Source: an uncultured virus (IMG/VR IMGVR_UViG_3300014059_000009) (taxonomy: Duplodnaviria; Heunggongvirae; Uroviricota; Caudoviricetes). From it: DNA of 64,000 bases. The notes below the pieces were generated by a model. It was given only the letters and a program-made list of their open reading frames with translations. It was not told the DNA's origin and made no database searches. Location: IMG/VR virus record IMGVR_UViG_3300014059_000009; one strand, written 5' to 3'. Both the position numbers and the translations under genes were made by a program. Shown here piece after piece: positions 1-7,527 of this stretch. Every line of letters starts with the position of its first letter. Position 1 is the first letter of the stretch.

Positions 1-77
1 GGTTGCGTCTTGGCCAAGTTTTGCGGCGGTTGTGGCGGCAGTGGGCGCATCAGTGATCCCCCAGGGGAATGACGTTG
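1..77 (+). repeat. 77-nt exact direct repeat, copy 1
   Basis: Identical to 42284-42360; first mismatch at 78 (C) vs 42361 (T); imperfect similarity continues to about 197/42483. Confidence 0.95.
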
Positions 78-172
78 CGCTGCCCGACGGTTCGCCCGTT
101 CTGAACAATGAGGATGATACGGGCCTGACTGTTTCGCAAGGTGGGGAAAACCACACCGGGGGCGAAGCATGA
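2..172 (+). CDS. 3' part of Cro-like HTH regulator (truncated by window start)
   Basis: Open frame VASWPSFAAVV...GGEA* nearly identical to C-terminus of 42114..42458. Confidence 0.85.
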   Translation, partial: VASWPSFAAVVAAVGASVIPQGNDVALPDGSPVLNNEDDTGLTVSQGGENHTGGEA

Positions 173-1398
173 ACGTTCACACCGAAGTCTGCCCGCCTGA
201 ACCCGTCACCTTTCACCCGCTGGCCGATATCTTCCCTTGGCTGGAAGGCGCGGCCAATGATGCCTTGCGCGAGGACATTCGGCAGAACGGCGTCCGGGAA
301 CCTATCGTGTTCCTCGACGGGGCCATTCTGGACGGGCGCAACCGCTACCAGTGTGCGCGGGACTTGGGCATTGCCTATCCCCGGCGCGAGTTCGGCAGCG
401 ATCCGCTGGACGGCGCAGACCCGCTGGCCTTTGTCATTTCTCTGAACCTCACCCGGCGGCACCTGTCGGAAAGCCAGCGGGCGAGTGTTGCGGCGAAGCT
501 GGCGAACCTGAACCACGGCGGCGACCGGAAGTCAGATCAAGGTGCAAATTTGCCCCTTGAACCGGAGGCCCCTGCTGTCACCGTCGCAGCCGCCGCCGAA
601 ATGCTGAACGTGTCAGAGCGCAGCGTCAAGTCTGCCCGGAAGGTGCAGGACAAGGGCGCGCCGGAACTGGTGGCCGCACTGGACGCGGGCAAGGTGGCCG
701 TCTCGACCGCCGCCGAAATTGCCGAACTGCCAAAGGCGGAACAGGCAGAAGTCGTGGCGCGGGGCGAAAAGGAAATTCTCGCCAAGGCGAAGGAGATCAA
801 GGCAGTCAAGTCCGCGGCCCGCCGCGTCGAACGCCTCGACAATTTGGCCGAGATTGCCAAGGGTAACGCCGCGCTGGACGTTTCCGTCCGGTATCCGGTG
901 ATCTACGCTGATCCGCCTTGGCGCTATGAAAACCCGCCAATCGGGGCGTCCAGCCGCTCCATCGAAAACCACTACCCGACAATGACGCTGGCCGAGATAT
1001 GCGCCATGCCGGTTTCAGAGTTGGCGACGGATGACGCCATTCTCTACCTCTGGGCCACAGCACCGAAGCTGGAAGAATGCTTCGAGGTGATCAAGGCCTG
1101 GGGCTTCGAATACCGCACCAACATGGTGTGGGACAAAGAGAAGATCGGCATGGGCTATCACGCCCGGAATCAGCACGAATTGCTGCTGATCTGCAAGCGC
1201 GGGGAAATCCCGCCGCCTGCCGCCGGGACTCAGCCCTCAAGCGTCTATCGTGAGGCCCGGACGGAACATTCCGCGAAGCCTGCCTTCTTCGCAGAAATGA
1301 TCGAAGGGGCCTATCCTCAACTGCCGAAGATCGAGCTGTTCTGCCGGTCCCCCCGCGCGGGCTGGGCTGTTTTCGGCAACCAGTCGGAGGCGGCATGA
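169..1398 (+). CDS. ParB-like/HTH domain fused to MT-A70 family N6-adenine methyltransferase
   Basis: N-terminal ILDGRNR ParB-like motif; C-terminal YADPPW, HSAKP, IELFCR motifs of MT-A70. Confidence 0.85.
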   Translation: MNVHTEVCPPEPVTFHPLADIFPWLEGAANDALREDIRQNGVREPIVFLDGAILDGRNRYQCARDLGIAYPRREFGSDPLDGADPLAFVISLNLTRRHLSESQRASVAAKLANLNHGGDRKSDQGANLPLEPEAPAVTVAAAAEMLNVSERSVKSARKVQDKGAPELVAALDAGKVAVSTAAEIAELPKAEQAEVVARGEKEILAKAKEIKAVKSAARRVERLDNLAEIAKGNAALDVSVRYPVIYADPPWRYENPPIGASSRSIENHYPTMTLAEICAMPVSELATDDAILYLWATAPKLEECFEVIKAWGFEYRTNMVWDKEKIGMGYHARNQHELLLICKRGEIPPPAAGTQPSSVYREARTEHSAKPAFFAEMIEGAYPQLPKIELFCRSPRAGWAVFGNQSEAA

Positions 1399-1931
1399 CG
1401 ATCCACGCCTTTGAACAGAGCCTCGCTCTATCCCATGAGCAGGAAGATGCGCCGTGGTGGGGCGAAGTCTATGCCAAGGCCTTTCCGGGCTACCTGAGCG
1501 CCGTTTCCATTCGGCAGGATGGCTGGGCGCAGCGCGGCGGCATTGATCGGGTCATCACCCTCAAGAGCGGCAAGACGCTGACCATCGATGAAAAGGTTCG
1601 GGCCAAGTCCTACGGTGACATAGCCCTTGAGCAGTGGTCCGATCTTGATCGGCAAAAGCCGGGCTGGATGCAGAAGGACTTGGCCTGCGACTTCATAGCC
1701 TACGCCTTCATCCCGGATTCGCGCTGCTACCTGTTGCCGTTTCCCACTCTTCGTCGGGCGTGGCTGGAAAACGGGAAGCAATGGCTGGCTTGGGCCAAGG
1801 CTGGCGAGGGTGGCTACCGGATCATCGACGCCAAGAACCCGAGCTATATCACCCGATCCGTCGCGGTTCCGATCCCCGATCTTCTGTCAGCAGTGTCGCA
1901 GGCGATGGTGCTGGAATGGGGGTTCGCATGA
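1395..1931 (+). CDS. Putative PD-(D/E)XK nuclease
   Basis: GIDRVI...TIDEKVR catalytic-like spacing; ATGA-coupled to the MTase. Confidence 0.6.
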   Translation: MTIHAFEQSLALSHEQEDAPWWGEVYAKAFPGYLSAVSIRQDGWAQRGGIDRVITLKSGKTLTIDEKVRAKSYGDIALEQWSDLDRQKPGWMQKDLACDFIAYAFIPDSRCYLLPFPTLRRAWLENGKQWLAWAKAGEGGYRIIDAKNPSYITRSVAVPIPDLLSAVSQAMVLEWGFA

Positions 1932-2104
1932 CCGCCCTTGAAGCCCTTGCCAACGCCACCATCGGCTTTGCCGTCTCCTGGGCCGCGACCTTCTTCGTGC
2001 TTGGCTACAGCCCCGCCGCAAGCCTTGGCGTCACGGCCATGTTCTTCGGCCTTTCCTTCACCCGCAGCTACGTCCTGCGCCGCATTTTCGCGAGGCTTGC
2101 ATGA
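1928..2104 (+). CDS. Small two-TM membrane protein (58 aa)
   Basis: MTALEALANATIGFAVSW..., hydrophobic; near-identical copy at 44239..44415. Confidence 0.8.
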   Translation: MTALEALANATIGFAVSWAATFFVLGYSPAASLGVTAMFFGLSFTRSYVLRRIFARLA

Positions 2105-2274
2105 CCCCTAACCTGTTCCTCACCGCCATCGTCGCCCTGTGCGTTCTTGCGCTGCTCGTCTTCGCGCTGATCGGGGCGCTGCACATGGTGCATGTATTCC
2201 GCAGCCACCGCCGCCCGTGGGATGACCAGCCCCCGCCCGCGTCATGGCTCGCAAAGCAGGAGCGCGGGGAATGA
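2101..2274 (+). CDS. Small membrane protein (57 aa)
   Basis: Hand-translated MTPNLFLTAIVALCVLALLVFALIGAL...; ATGA overlaps; homolog at 44412..44585. Confidence 0.7.
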   Translation: MTPNLFLTAIVALCVLALLVFALIGALHMVHVFRSHRRPWDDQPPPASWLAKQERGE

Positions 2275-2393
2275 CCATCGCCCGTGTCTTCTGGCGCTGG
2301 ACGCCCTTCTTTGGCCGCTGCGACAACCCCGACGCGCCGTTCCGCCATGTCCTGCATATTGGCTGCTGGCTGATCTTCTGGGGGCGTCCATGA
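2271..2393 (+). CDS. Hypothetical protein (40 aa)
   Basis: MTIARVFWRWTPFFGRCD...; conserved in frame at 44827..44949. Confidence 0.65.
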   Translation: MTIARVFWRWTPFFGRCDNPDAPFRHVLHIGCWLIFWGRP

Positions 2394-2650
2394 CCCCCAC
2401 CCCCAACACGCCGCCGCGCTCCTCCTCTACCGGCGCGGCCACCTCCCCACCAGCGATCCTCCCCGCTGGTGGGGCTTTCTCCAATGACGACTTGATCGCA
2501 AAGGCCGGAATCGTCGTCGGCCTATGGGACTTGATGCTGTTTTCCAGCGGCAACCCCGCTGCCCGACAGAAGCGCGCCGATGTGATGCATGTGGCGGTTT
2601 CGAACCTTCAGGCCGCGCTCCTCAAGCAGTCGGAAAGGGTGGCCAGGTAA
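2390..2650 (+). CDS. Hypothetical protein
   Basis: ATGA-coupled; C-terminus ALLKQSERVAR shared with 44946..45284. Confidence 0.6.
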   Translation: MTPTPNTPPRSSSTGAATSPPAILPAGGAFSNDDLIAKAGIVVGLWDLMLFSSGNPAARQKRADVMHVAVSNLQAALLKQSERVAR

Positions 2651-3291
2651 TGCCCGCATATCGTTCGTCAGCCGAGGCAGAGATCAGAGACGCTGCCGTG
2701 GCGCGGCTTCGTGAGACCATGCCGGGGTGCCGGATCATTCACGAGATCAACTGCGCCAGCTTTGGCCCGAACCGGATCGACGTTCTGGCGGTTGGCAAGG
2801 ATCGCATTGCCGCAGTCGAAGTCAAGAGCGAGCGGGACAAGCTGGACCGCCTGCCGGATCAGATCATGTCCATGCGAGGCGTGGCGCACCACACCATCGC
2901 GGCGCTGCATGAGAAGTTTCTGACGCCATGGCGGACCAAATATGGCGACCTTCCCGCGTTCCATGCCCCGAATGAAGCCAATCATGCCGTGGTCTGGGCC
3001 TATCCCGTGAGGCCGCGCGCCGGGGTGCTTGGCGAGTGGCCGTTGTCCGACCGCTTCGACAAGCCGAAGCTCCTGCCGCCGCCGGGATTCATCGATCTGC
3101 TTTGGGCCGCAGAGCTTCGGGATATCGTGCGTCGGAACGGCCTGCATCGCGGGGCATCCAAACTGGACATGCCGCAGTTGGTGGACCTAATCCGGTGGGG
3201 CCTGCCGGGGAAAACCGTTCTGGCCGAAACCTGCGCCGCGCTTCGTCGCCGGGCCTGCGTCGAGGCCGATCCGGCAATGGAGGCAGCATGA
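2650..3291 (+). CDS. PD-(D/E)XK nuclease-like protein (sce7726/MmcB-like)
   Basis: E..IR, IIHE, RIDVLAV, AVEVKSERDKLDRLPDQ motifs. Confidence 0.7.
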   Translation: MPAYRSSAEAEIRDAAVARLRETMPGCRIIHEINCASFGPNRIDVLAVGKDRIAAVEVKSERDKLDRLPDQIMSMRGVAHHTIAALHEKFLTPWRTKYGDLPAFHAPNEANHAVVWAYPVRPRAGVLGEWPLSDRFDKPKLLPPPGFIDLLWAAELRDIVRRNGLHRGASKLDMPQLVDLIRWGLPGKTVLAETCAALRRRACVEADPAMEAA

Positions 3292-3440
3292 TCCGCCGCC
3301 TTCTCCGCTTCTTCCGCAAGCCCGCAGACCCGCGTGACGCGGTGTTCGCCCGCAGAGCAATGCGCGTCTGCAACCGGAAGCGCGAAGTCGCGGCGCGGTT
3401 TGAACGCGTCCACGCGATCCTGGCAAGGGGGCCGAAGTGA
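3288..3440 (+). CDS. Hypothetical basic protein (50 aa)
   Basis: MIRRLLRFFRKPADPRDAVF...; homolog at 45706..45858. Confidence 0.7.
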   Translation: MIRRLLRFFRKPADPRDAVFARRAMRVCNRKREVAARFERVHAILARGPK

Positions 3441-3700
3441 CAGACATGGACGCTATTCTGGACGACGCTTTTGCCGCCGTCGGTATCCGGCCCGGACAGC
3501 GCAAGGAAGCCGCCCGCTTCAGCAAGCCCCTTGAGATACATGGGACGGCATGGCGCGAGCAAGTCAAGCACCGCCTGATTGACGGCTACGGCGTCGAGGA
3601 TATCGCGATCTGGCTGGGCTGCCACGTCAGCCATGTGCAGGACGAAGTGGCAAGGCTCCGGCGGCGTGGCGACCTCGCAAGGTGGTGGGGGCGCGAATGA
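3437..3700 (+). CDS. Small HTH-like protein
   Basis: GYGVEDIAIWLGCHVSHVQ HTH-like segment. Confidence 0.55.
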   Translation: MTDMDAILDDAFAAVGIRPGQRKEAARFSKPLEIHGTAWREQVKHRLIDGYGVEDIAIWLGCHVSHVQDEVARLRRRGDLARWWGRE

Positions 3701-4152
3701 AGGGAAAGCCCCGCAACACAGGCCGCACCGTTTCCGACGCCGAGTTTCGGCGCATGTGGGAAGACATGTCCATTTCGCAGAACGAGATCGGGCGCAGGCT
3801 TGGCATATCCAGCGAGGCCGTGCGGTTCCGAGCCGCGTCCAGGAAGCTGCCACCGCGCCCCAGGGCGAGGCCCTTCGCCCGCACCGTAGATTATCAGCGC
3901 GTCGTGCGACTCTACAAGGCGGGCCTGTCACAGTCGGCTGTTGCGGCAGTTGTCGGCATCCCAATCACCAGCATCAAGGCCGCGCTCGTTGAGGCTGGCG
4001 TTGAGATTCGCGGCAGACACCCAGGTGCGTCACTGTCGGTTAAGGACGCCATGGCGCGCGTCATGGCGATGGAAGCGCGGGAAACCGAGGCTGCGCTGCG
4101 CCTGTCCGACATGGTGGACTACCACATGGGTAACAAGCGGAGGGCAGCGTGA
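3697..4152 (+). CDS. Tandem HTH DNA-binding protein
   Basis: Two HTH-like segments (SQNEIGRRLGIS; GLSQSAVAAVVGIP). Confidence 0.65.
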   Translation: MKGKPRNTGRTVSDAEFRRMWEDMSISQNEIGRRLGISSEAVRFRAASRKLPPRPRARPFARTVDYQRVVRLYKAGLSQSAVAAVVGIPITSIKAALVEAGVEIRGRHPGASLSVKDAMARVMAMEARETEAALRLSDMVDYHMGNKRRAA

Positions 4153-4514
4153 AGCACCTGCGCAAGCCCACCATCCCCATAGCCCCTTGGGAGATACCCG
4201 ACGCAAGCGGGGACGAGTGGGACTACACGCCAGAGGAACGCCAAATGGAGCAGGAATGGCACCGGGCAGAAATCGAAAGGGCGGCGGCTAAGCCGTCCCC
4301 AGAGAGTGCGCCAAACCCTGTGGAAAGCCGGGTTTTGCACAGGAAATCCCAGAACCAATCCACACCATCATCTGCTTTAATTGGACGTGTGTTCATGGGC
4401 CGACTGAACGTTTCGGACCTGGATTACATGGCCAAGGCGATCCTGCAAATGGCCGACGAGAACCACGAATTGCGCGAGCGGGTGCGGAAGCTGGAAGAAA
4501 GGCTGGGGAATTGA
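4149..4514 (+). CDS. Conserved protein upstream of initiator
   Basis: Highly similar to 46507..46869; C-terminal coiled coil. Confidence 0.75.
   Translation: MKHLRKPTIPIAPWEIPDASGDEWDYTPEERQMEQEWHRAEIERAAAKPSPESAPNPVESRVLHRKSQNQSTPSSALIGRVFMGRLNVSDLDYMAKAILQMADENHELRERVRKLEERLGN
4319..4364. promoter_or_regulatory. Cluster of DnaA-box-like 9-mers
   Basis: TTTTGCACA (4333-4341) matches TTWTNCACA; inverted TGTGGAAAG (4319-4327); CAATCCACA (4356-4364); conserved in unit B. Confidence 0.45.
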
Positions 4515-5377
4515 GCCACGCAGCAACTAATTGGGCGATACGTCAGAAGGGGCTTAAGCCCGCGACGAAGATCGTCCTTTGGCACCTTTGCGACCGGCAC
4601 AACCCGGACACGGGCTGCTTCCCGAAGCAAGAGACGCTGGCAGCCGACTGCGAAATGTCTCGCTCCACCCTCAACCTGCACCTCGCCAAGCTGGAAGAAC
4701 TTGGGCTGATCCGGCGCGATGCCGGGCGGGAACATGGGTCAATGAAGCACCGCCCGACGCGGTATTGGCTGGCATTTGAAGACGGTGAAACCGTGTCCGA
4801 AAAGCGGACAAAAACCGTGTCCGAAAATAGGACATTCACCCCAAAAACCGTGTCCGAAAAACACGCAAAACCGTGTCCGAATTTCGACGAAAACCGTGTC
4901 CTAAATTCGGACACTAACTCTGTAAGGGAACCAGTAAGGGAACCAGTAAGTAAGGGTCGCGACGTTGCGCAGGCGCTTGAGGCATGGGCATTACCCGCAT
5001 CCGTCGCCAGCTTTCTGGCCTATCGCCGCAAGAGCAAGGGCGGGGCAATGACCCTGACCGGGGCAAAGCGGCTGGCAACCCACCTCAAAGCCATTTTCGA
5101 CGCCGGGGGTGACACCGACGACGCGCTGGCCATGGCCGAAGAGCGCGGGTGGCGAACGGTGGAACCGGATTGGTATTGGCGGGAAAGGAACAAATCGAAT
5201 GGCAACGGAAGTCGCGGCGCAAACCGAATACCCCAAGGCGGCAAACGGCCTGACCCTGCCCTTGAGCAGATCGCTCGCCTCGCCGGACTTGGCCAAGCAC
5301 CGGGCGATGGTCGCGGTGGAACTGGAGGTTCTGGCGAAGAAGCTGGACCGCTTTGGATGGGAGCGCGACCGCAATAG
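4511..5377 (+). CDS. Replication initiator (lambda O-like, N-terminal winged HTH)
   Basis: KIVLWHLCD...CFPKQETLAADCEMSRSTL...LEELGLI HTH_36-type N-terminus; internal iterons. Confidence 0.85.
   Translation: MSHAATNWAIRQKGLKPATKIVLWHLCDRHNPDTGCFPKQETLAADCEMSRSTLNLHLAKLEELGLIRRDAGREHGSMKHRPTRYWLAFEDGETVSEKRTKTVSENRTFTPKTVSEKHAKPCPNFDENRVLNSDTNSVREPVREPVSKGRDVAQALEAWALPASVASFLAYRRKSKGGAMTLTGAKRLATHLKAIFDAGGDTDDALAMAEERGWRTVEPDWYWRERNKSNGNGSRGANRIPQGGKRPDPALEQIARLAGLGQAPGDGRGGTGGSGEEAGPLWMGARPQ
4788..4956 (+). repeat. Replication origin: five iterons plus tandem 12-mers
   Basis: AAACCGTGTCC(G/T)AA starting near 4788, 4812, 4845, 4868, 4891; then GTAAGGGAACCA x2 from 4922. Confidence 0.85.
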
Positions 5378-5663
5378 CCCGGCACATGACAGGCTGATCA
5401 TCGACTGGATGGATGCGTTGCAGGACTACCCGCTGGACGAAATTCGCGCCGCCTGCCGCGAGGCGGTCATGGCCCGGCCCAACGCCATGCCAAACGAGGG
5501 CCACATCGTATCGAAGATCATGGAGGCGCGGGCCGCCTTCGTTCGCCTGAACCCACCGACCACTGCGCCAGAGCCGCGCCAAGAGCGCATGTCAGCCGAG
5601 CGGGCGGCGGAAATCATGGCTGAGGCTGGCTTTCGGCCCAAGGCGTTCGGGGGCACGGAATGA
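5199..5663 (+). CDS. Helicase loader-like protein (lambda P position)
   Basis: Follows initiator; WMDALQDY...EIRAAC...MPNEGHI pattern; SD-like AAGGA before ATG 5199 (alternative start 5307). Confidence 0.55.
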   Translation: MATEVAAQTEYPKAANGLTLPLSRSLASPDLAKHRAMVAVELEVLAKKLDRFGWERDRNSPAHDRLIIDWMDALQDYPLDEIRAACREAVMARPNAMPNEGHIVSKIMEARAAFVRLNPPTTAPEPRQERMSAERAAEIMAEAGFRPKAFGGTE

Positions 5664-6532
5664 CCGAGGCCCAATACCGCATCAACCTCATGGCCCGCTT
5701 CCCCCACCTCACCAGCATGGAAGCCATGGCCCGCCACGAAAGCGCCGTCGCCAAGCGCAGCTGGGAGCGCTGCACCGCCAGCGTCACTCACCACACCGGG
5801 CAGATCGCCACTCGCCACCGCAGGCAGGCATGGGCCGCCGTCATCGTCAGCCTCTCGCCCATAACCAGGGAGGGCGCCCGCGAGGCATGGGGCGTCACCA
5901 ACAGCGCGGCGGACTCCAGGCTCGATAGCCTCGAACTCGGCGGGTTTGCGCAGCGCATATCCGCCCGCCCCATCCGCTGGGCCATCAACACCGAGGGGAG
6001 GCAGGGATTGACGCTCATGATCAGGCACTTCGACTGGCGCAGGGCACTCCTGCACGGCGTCACCCTCGCCGCCGAAAACCACCGCGACCACGACACCCCA
6101 GAGGCGTGGACCGCCATGTGGGAATTGCTCCGTGAGGCAGCCGCCGTCTCCCGGTCGTGGGACGCCCCGCCGCGATCAGGTTTCCCGGATCGTGGGTCAT
6201 GGCCGGAGACGCCCGACGAGATCACTACGTGGCAGCGGCAGATGGCATATCTGCAGGGCACCCTCGATGAGGCCCCCCAGGAAGAGCCCGAGCCTCCCGT
6301 GCCGTCCGCCGCCGAGGTGACGCGCGCCGAGGCTGTCCTGAGCCTCTGGCATGACAGCGCGCTGATCGTCGGCGGACAACCCCACCGGCACAAGCGCGCC
6401 GTATGGCGCCTGGCCGAAGGCGCGTTTCTCGGCTCCGTCACCCGCATGACCGGTCTGCACCGATCCGAAGTGCTGGCCCTGCGGAAAAGAGCCGCAACCG
6501 ACATGCTGCGCGCCGCTGGGGTCGAAAAATAA
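5660..6532 (+). CDS. Putative late-gene regulator (wHTH + DUF6362-like)
   Basis: Last early-right gene (Q position); WELLREAA...SWPE...PSAAEVTRAEAVL resembles DUF6362 proteins. Confidence 0.5.
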   Translation: MTEAQYRINLMARFPHLTSMEAMARHESAVAKRSWERCTASVTHHTGQIATRHRRQAWAAVIVSLSPITREGAREAWGVTNSAADSRLDSLELGGFAQRISARPIRWAINTEGRQGLTLMIRHFDWRRALLHGVTLAAENHRDHDTPEAWTAMWELLREAAAVSRSWDAPPRSGFPDRGSWPETPDEITTWQRQMAYLQGTLDEAPQEEPEPPVPSAAEVTRAEAVLSLWHDSALIVGGQPHRHKRAVWRLAEGAFLGSVTRMTGLHRSEVLALRKRAATDMLRAAGVEK

Positions 6533-6556
6533 TTCTGCGCTGGCCGAATTTTCCTC

Positions 6557-6585
6557 TTGCAATAGTCCGACTGTCGGACTACATT
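6557..6585 (+). promoter_or_regulatory. Sigma70 promoter with perfect palindromic operator
   Basis: TTGCAA-17 nt-TACATT; TAGTCCGAC-T-GTCGGACTA (6563-6581) fills the spacer. Confidence 0.8.
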
Positions 6586-6628
6586 GAGTGTATCGAAGCT
6601 ACCACCGCACACGCGAGAGGAACCTGAA

Positions 6629-6946
6629 ATGACCAACGAGCAGATGAAAATGATCGTCCGCAAAGCAATCGAGCTTGCGTCGGCACGGGAGGTTTCGGGC
6701 AACAAAACCGATCGTTTCGCGCGCACGCTTGATTTCTGGCCGACCGCCACTTTCGCGGAGCGCGCCTCGACGATGGCGAACCTGCTGGCCCTCGATGCGG
6801 GGGCTGACGTGTCCGACAGGGCGACCTGCGCCGTCAACGCCGAGCGCGCTGCGCTGCGGGAGCGTCAGGTCTGGGGTGTCGACAACGAGTTCTACGACGG
6901 GTCCGCATTCGCTGCCCGTCTCGCCGCGGCACTTGGCGATCACTGA
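6629..6946 (+). CDS. Hypothetical protein (candidate anti-defence)
   Basis: SD GAGG; first gene of autonomous cassette. Confidence 0.7.
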   Translation: MTNEQMKMIVRKAIELASAREVSGNKTDRFARTLDFWPTATFAERASTMANLLALDAGADVSDRATCAVNAERAALRERQVWGVDNEFYDGSAFAARLAAALGDH

Positions 6947-6964
6947 CACCGAGAGGGCCGGGCC

Positions 6965-7417
6965 ATGACCATTCACGAGTTTGCGAACGAGGCAGAGGCG
7001 GCAGAGGCGGGGTATCTGGTCCGCCTCCCCCGCCCCGAGGAATACCGGGGCTGGCTGATCCTGACCGATTGCAAGGGCGGCACGATCCGGGTTTTCGGGC
7101 GGGAACGCGCGGGGACATGGGCCGTGCCCGAGACCCCGCAGCCGCTGATCCGCGTCGGCTTGGCGGGCACGATCCGCATGGCCAGGACGATGCCCAGTGG
7201 TCGCTACATGAAATTTCGTTGGGTTTGGCTGCCGCACGGCGGACAGCCGCGAGAGGACCTGATCAGCATTGCGAACCGGACCAGCCGGGTCGGGCATCCG
7301 ATGCCGCTCGGCAGATATGCTCACCGTTCCGAATGGGAACGCGCACGGGCAGAACTGTGCAGGCTGATCGACGTGCGGGTTGACGGACGCGCCAACCTCG
7401 ACCTGATCGAGGACTGA
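6965..7417 (+). CDS. Hypothetical protein (candidate anti-defence)
   Basis: SD-like GAGAGGG; 150 aa; no recognised family. Confidence 0.7.
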   Translation: MTIHEFANEAEAAEAGYLVRLPRPEEYRGWLILTDCKGGTIRVFGRERAGTWAVPETPQPLIRVGLAGTIRMARTMPSGRYMKFRWVWLPHGGQPREDLISIANRTSRVGHPMPLGRYAHRSEWERARAELCRLIDVRVDGRANLDLIED

Positions 7418-7493
7418 TGGATGCCCCGCAACGGCGAGGAACAGATTTGAACCTTCCTGGACTACGGTTCATCCCCGCCCCAGCGAGGAACGG
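7416..7493 (-). CRISPR. Type I-E-like mini-array: repeat, 20-nt spacer, 3'-degenerate repeat
   Basis: Minus strand CCGTTCCTCGCTGGGGCGGGGATGAACCG (21/29 to the E. coli I-E repeat, 4 differences in the loop) + TAGTCCAGGAAGGTTCAAAT + CTGTTCCTCGCCGTTGCGGGG. Confidence 0.75.
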
Positions 7494-7497
7494 GCCG

Positions 7498-7526
7498 ACA
7501 GAACGCCAGAATCCAATCGGAGTCAA
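7498..7526 (-). promoter_or_regulatory. Putative antisense promoter for the mini-array
   Basis: Minus strand TTGACT-17 nt-TTCTGT; predicted start near 7491, at the 5' end of the repeat; the -10 is weak. Confidence 0.4.
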
Positions 7527-7527
7527 C

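Noticed and set aside
4788..4914. Regularly spaced repeats as a CRISPR array
   Set aside because: Short repeats with roughly 10-20 nt gaps inside an initiator CDS are iterons
6576..6584. Spacer 5' end TAGTCC matches the cassette operator next to an ATG PAM-like triplet
   Set aside because: Only 6-7 nt of identity, expected by chance several times in 64 kb; too short to claim self-targeting
7417..7527. N-terminal extension of ORF 7417..7782
   Set aside because: Better SD and domain start at 7528; the extension runs across the CRISPR-like unit
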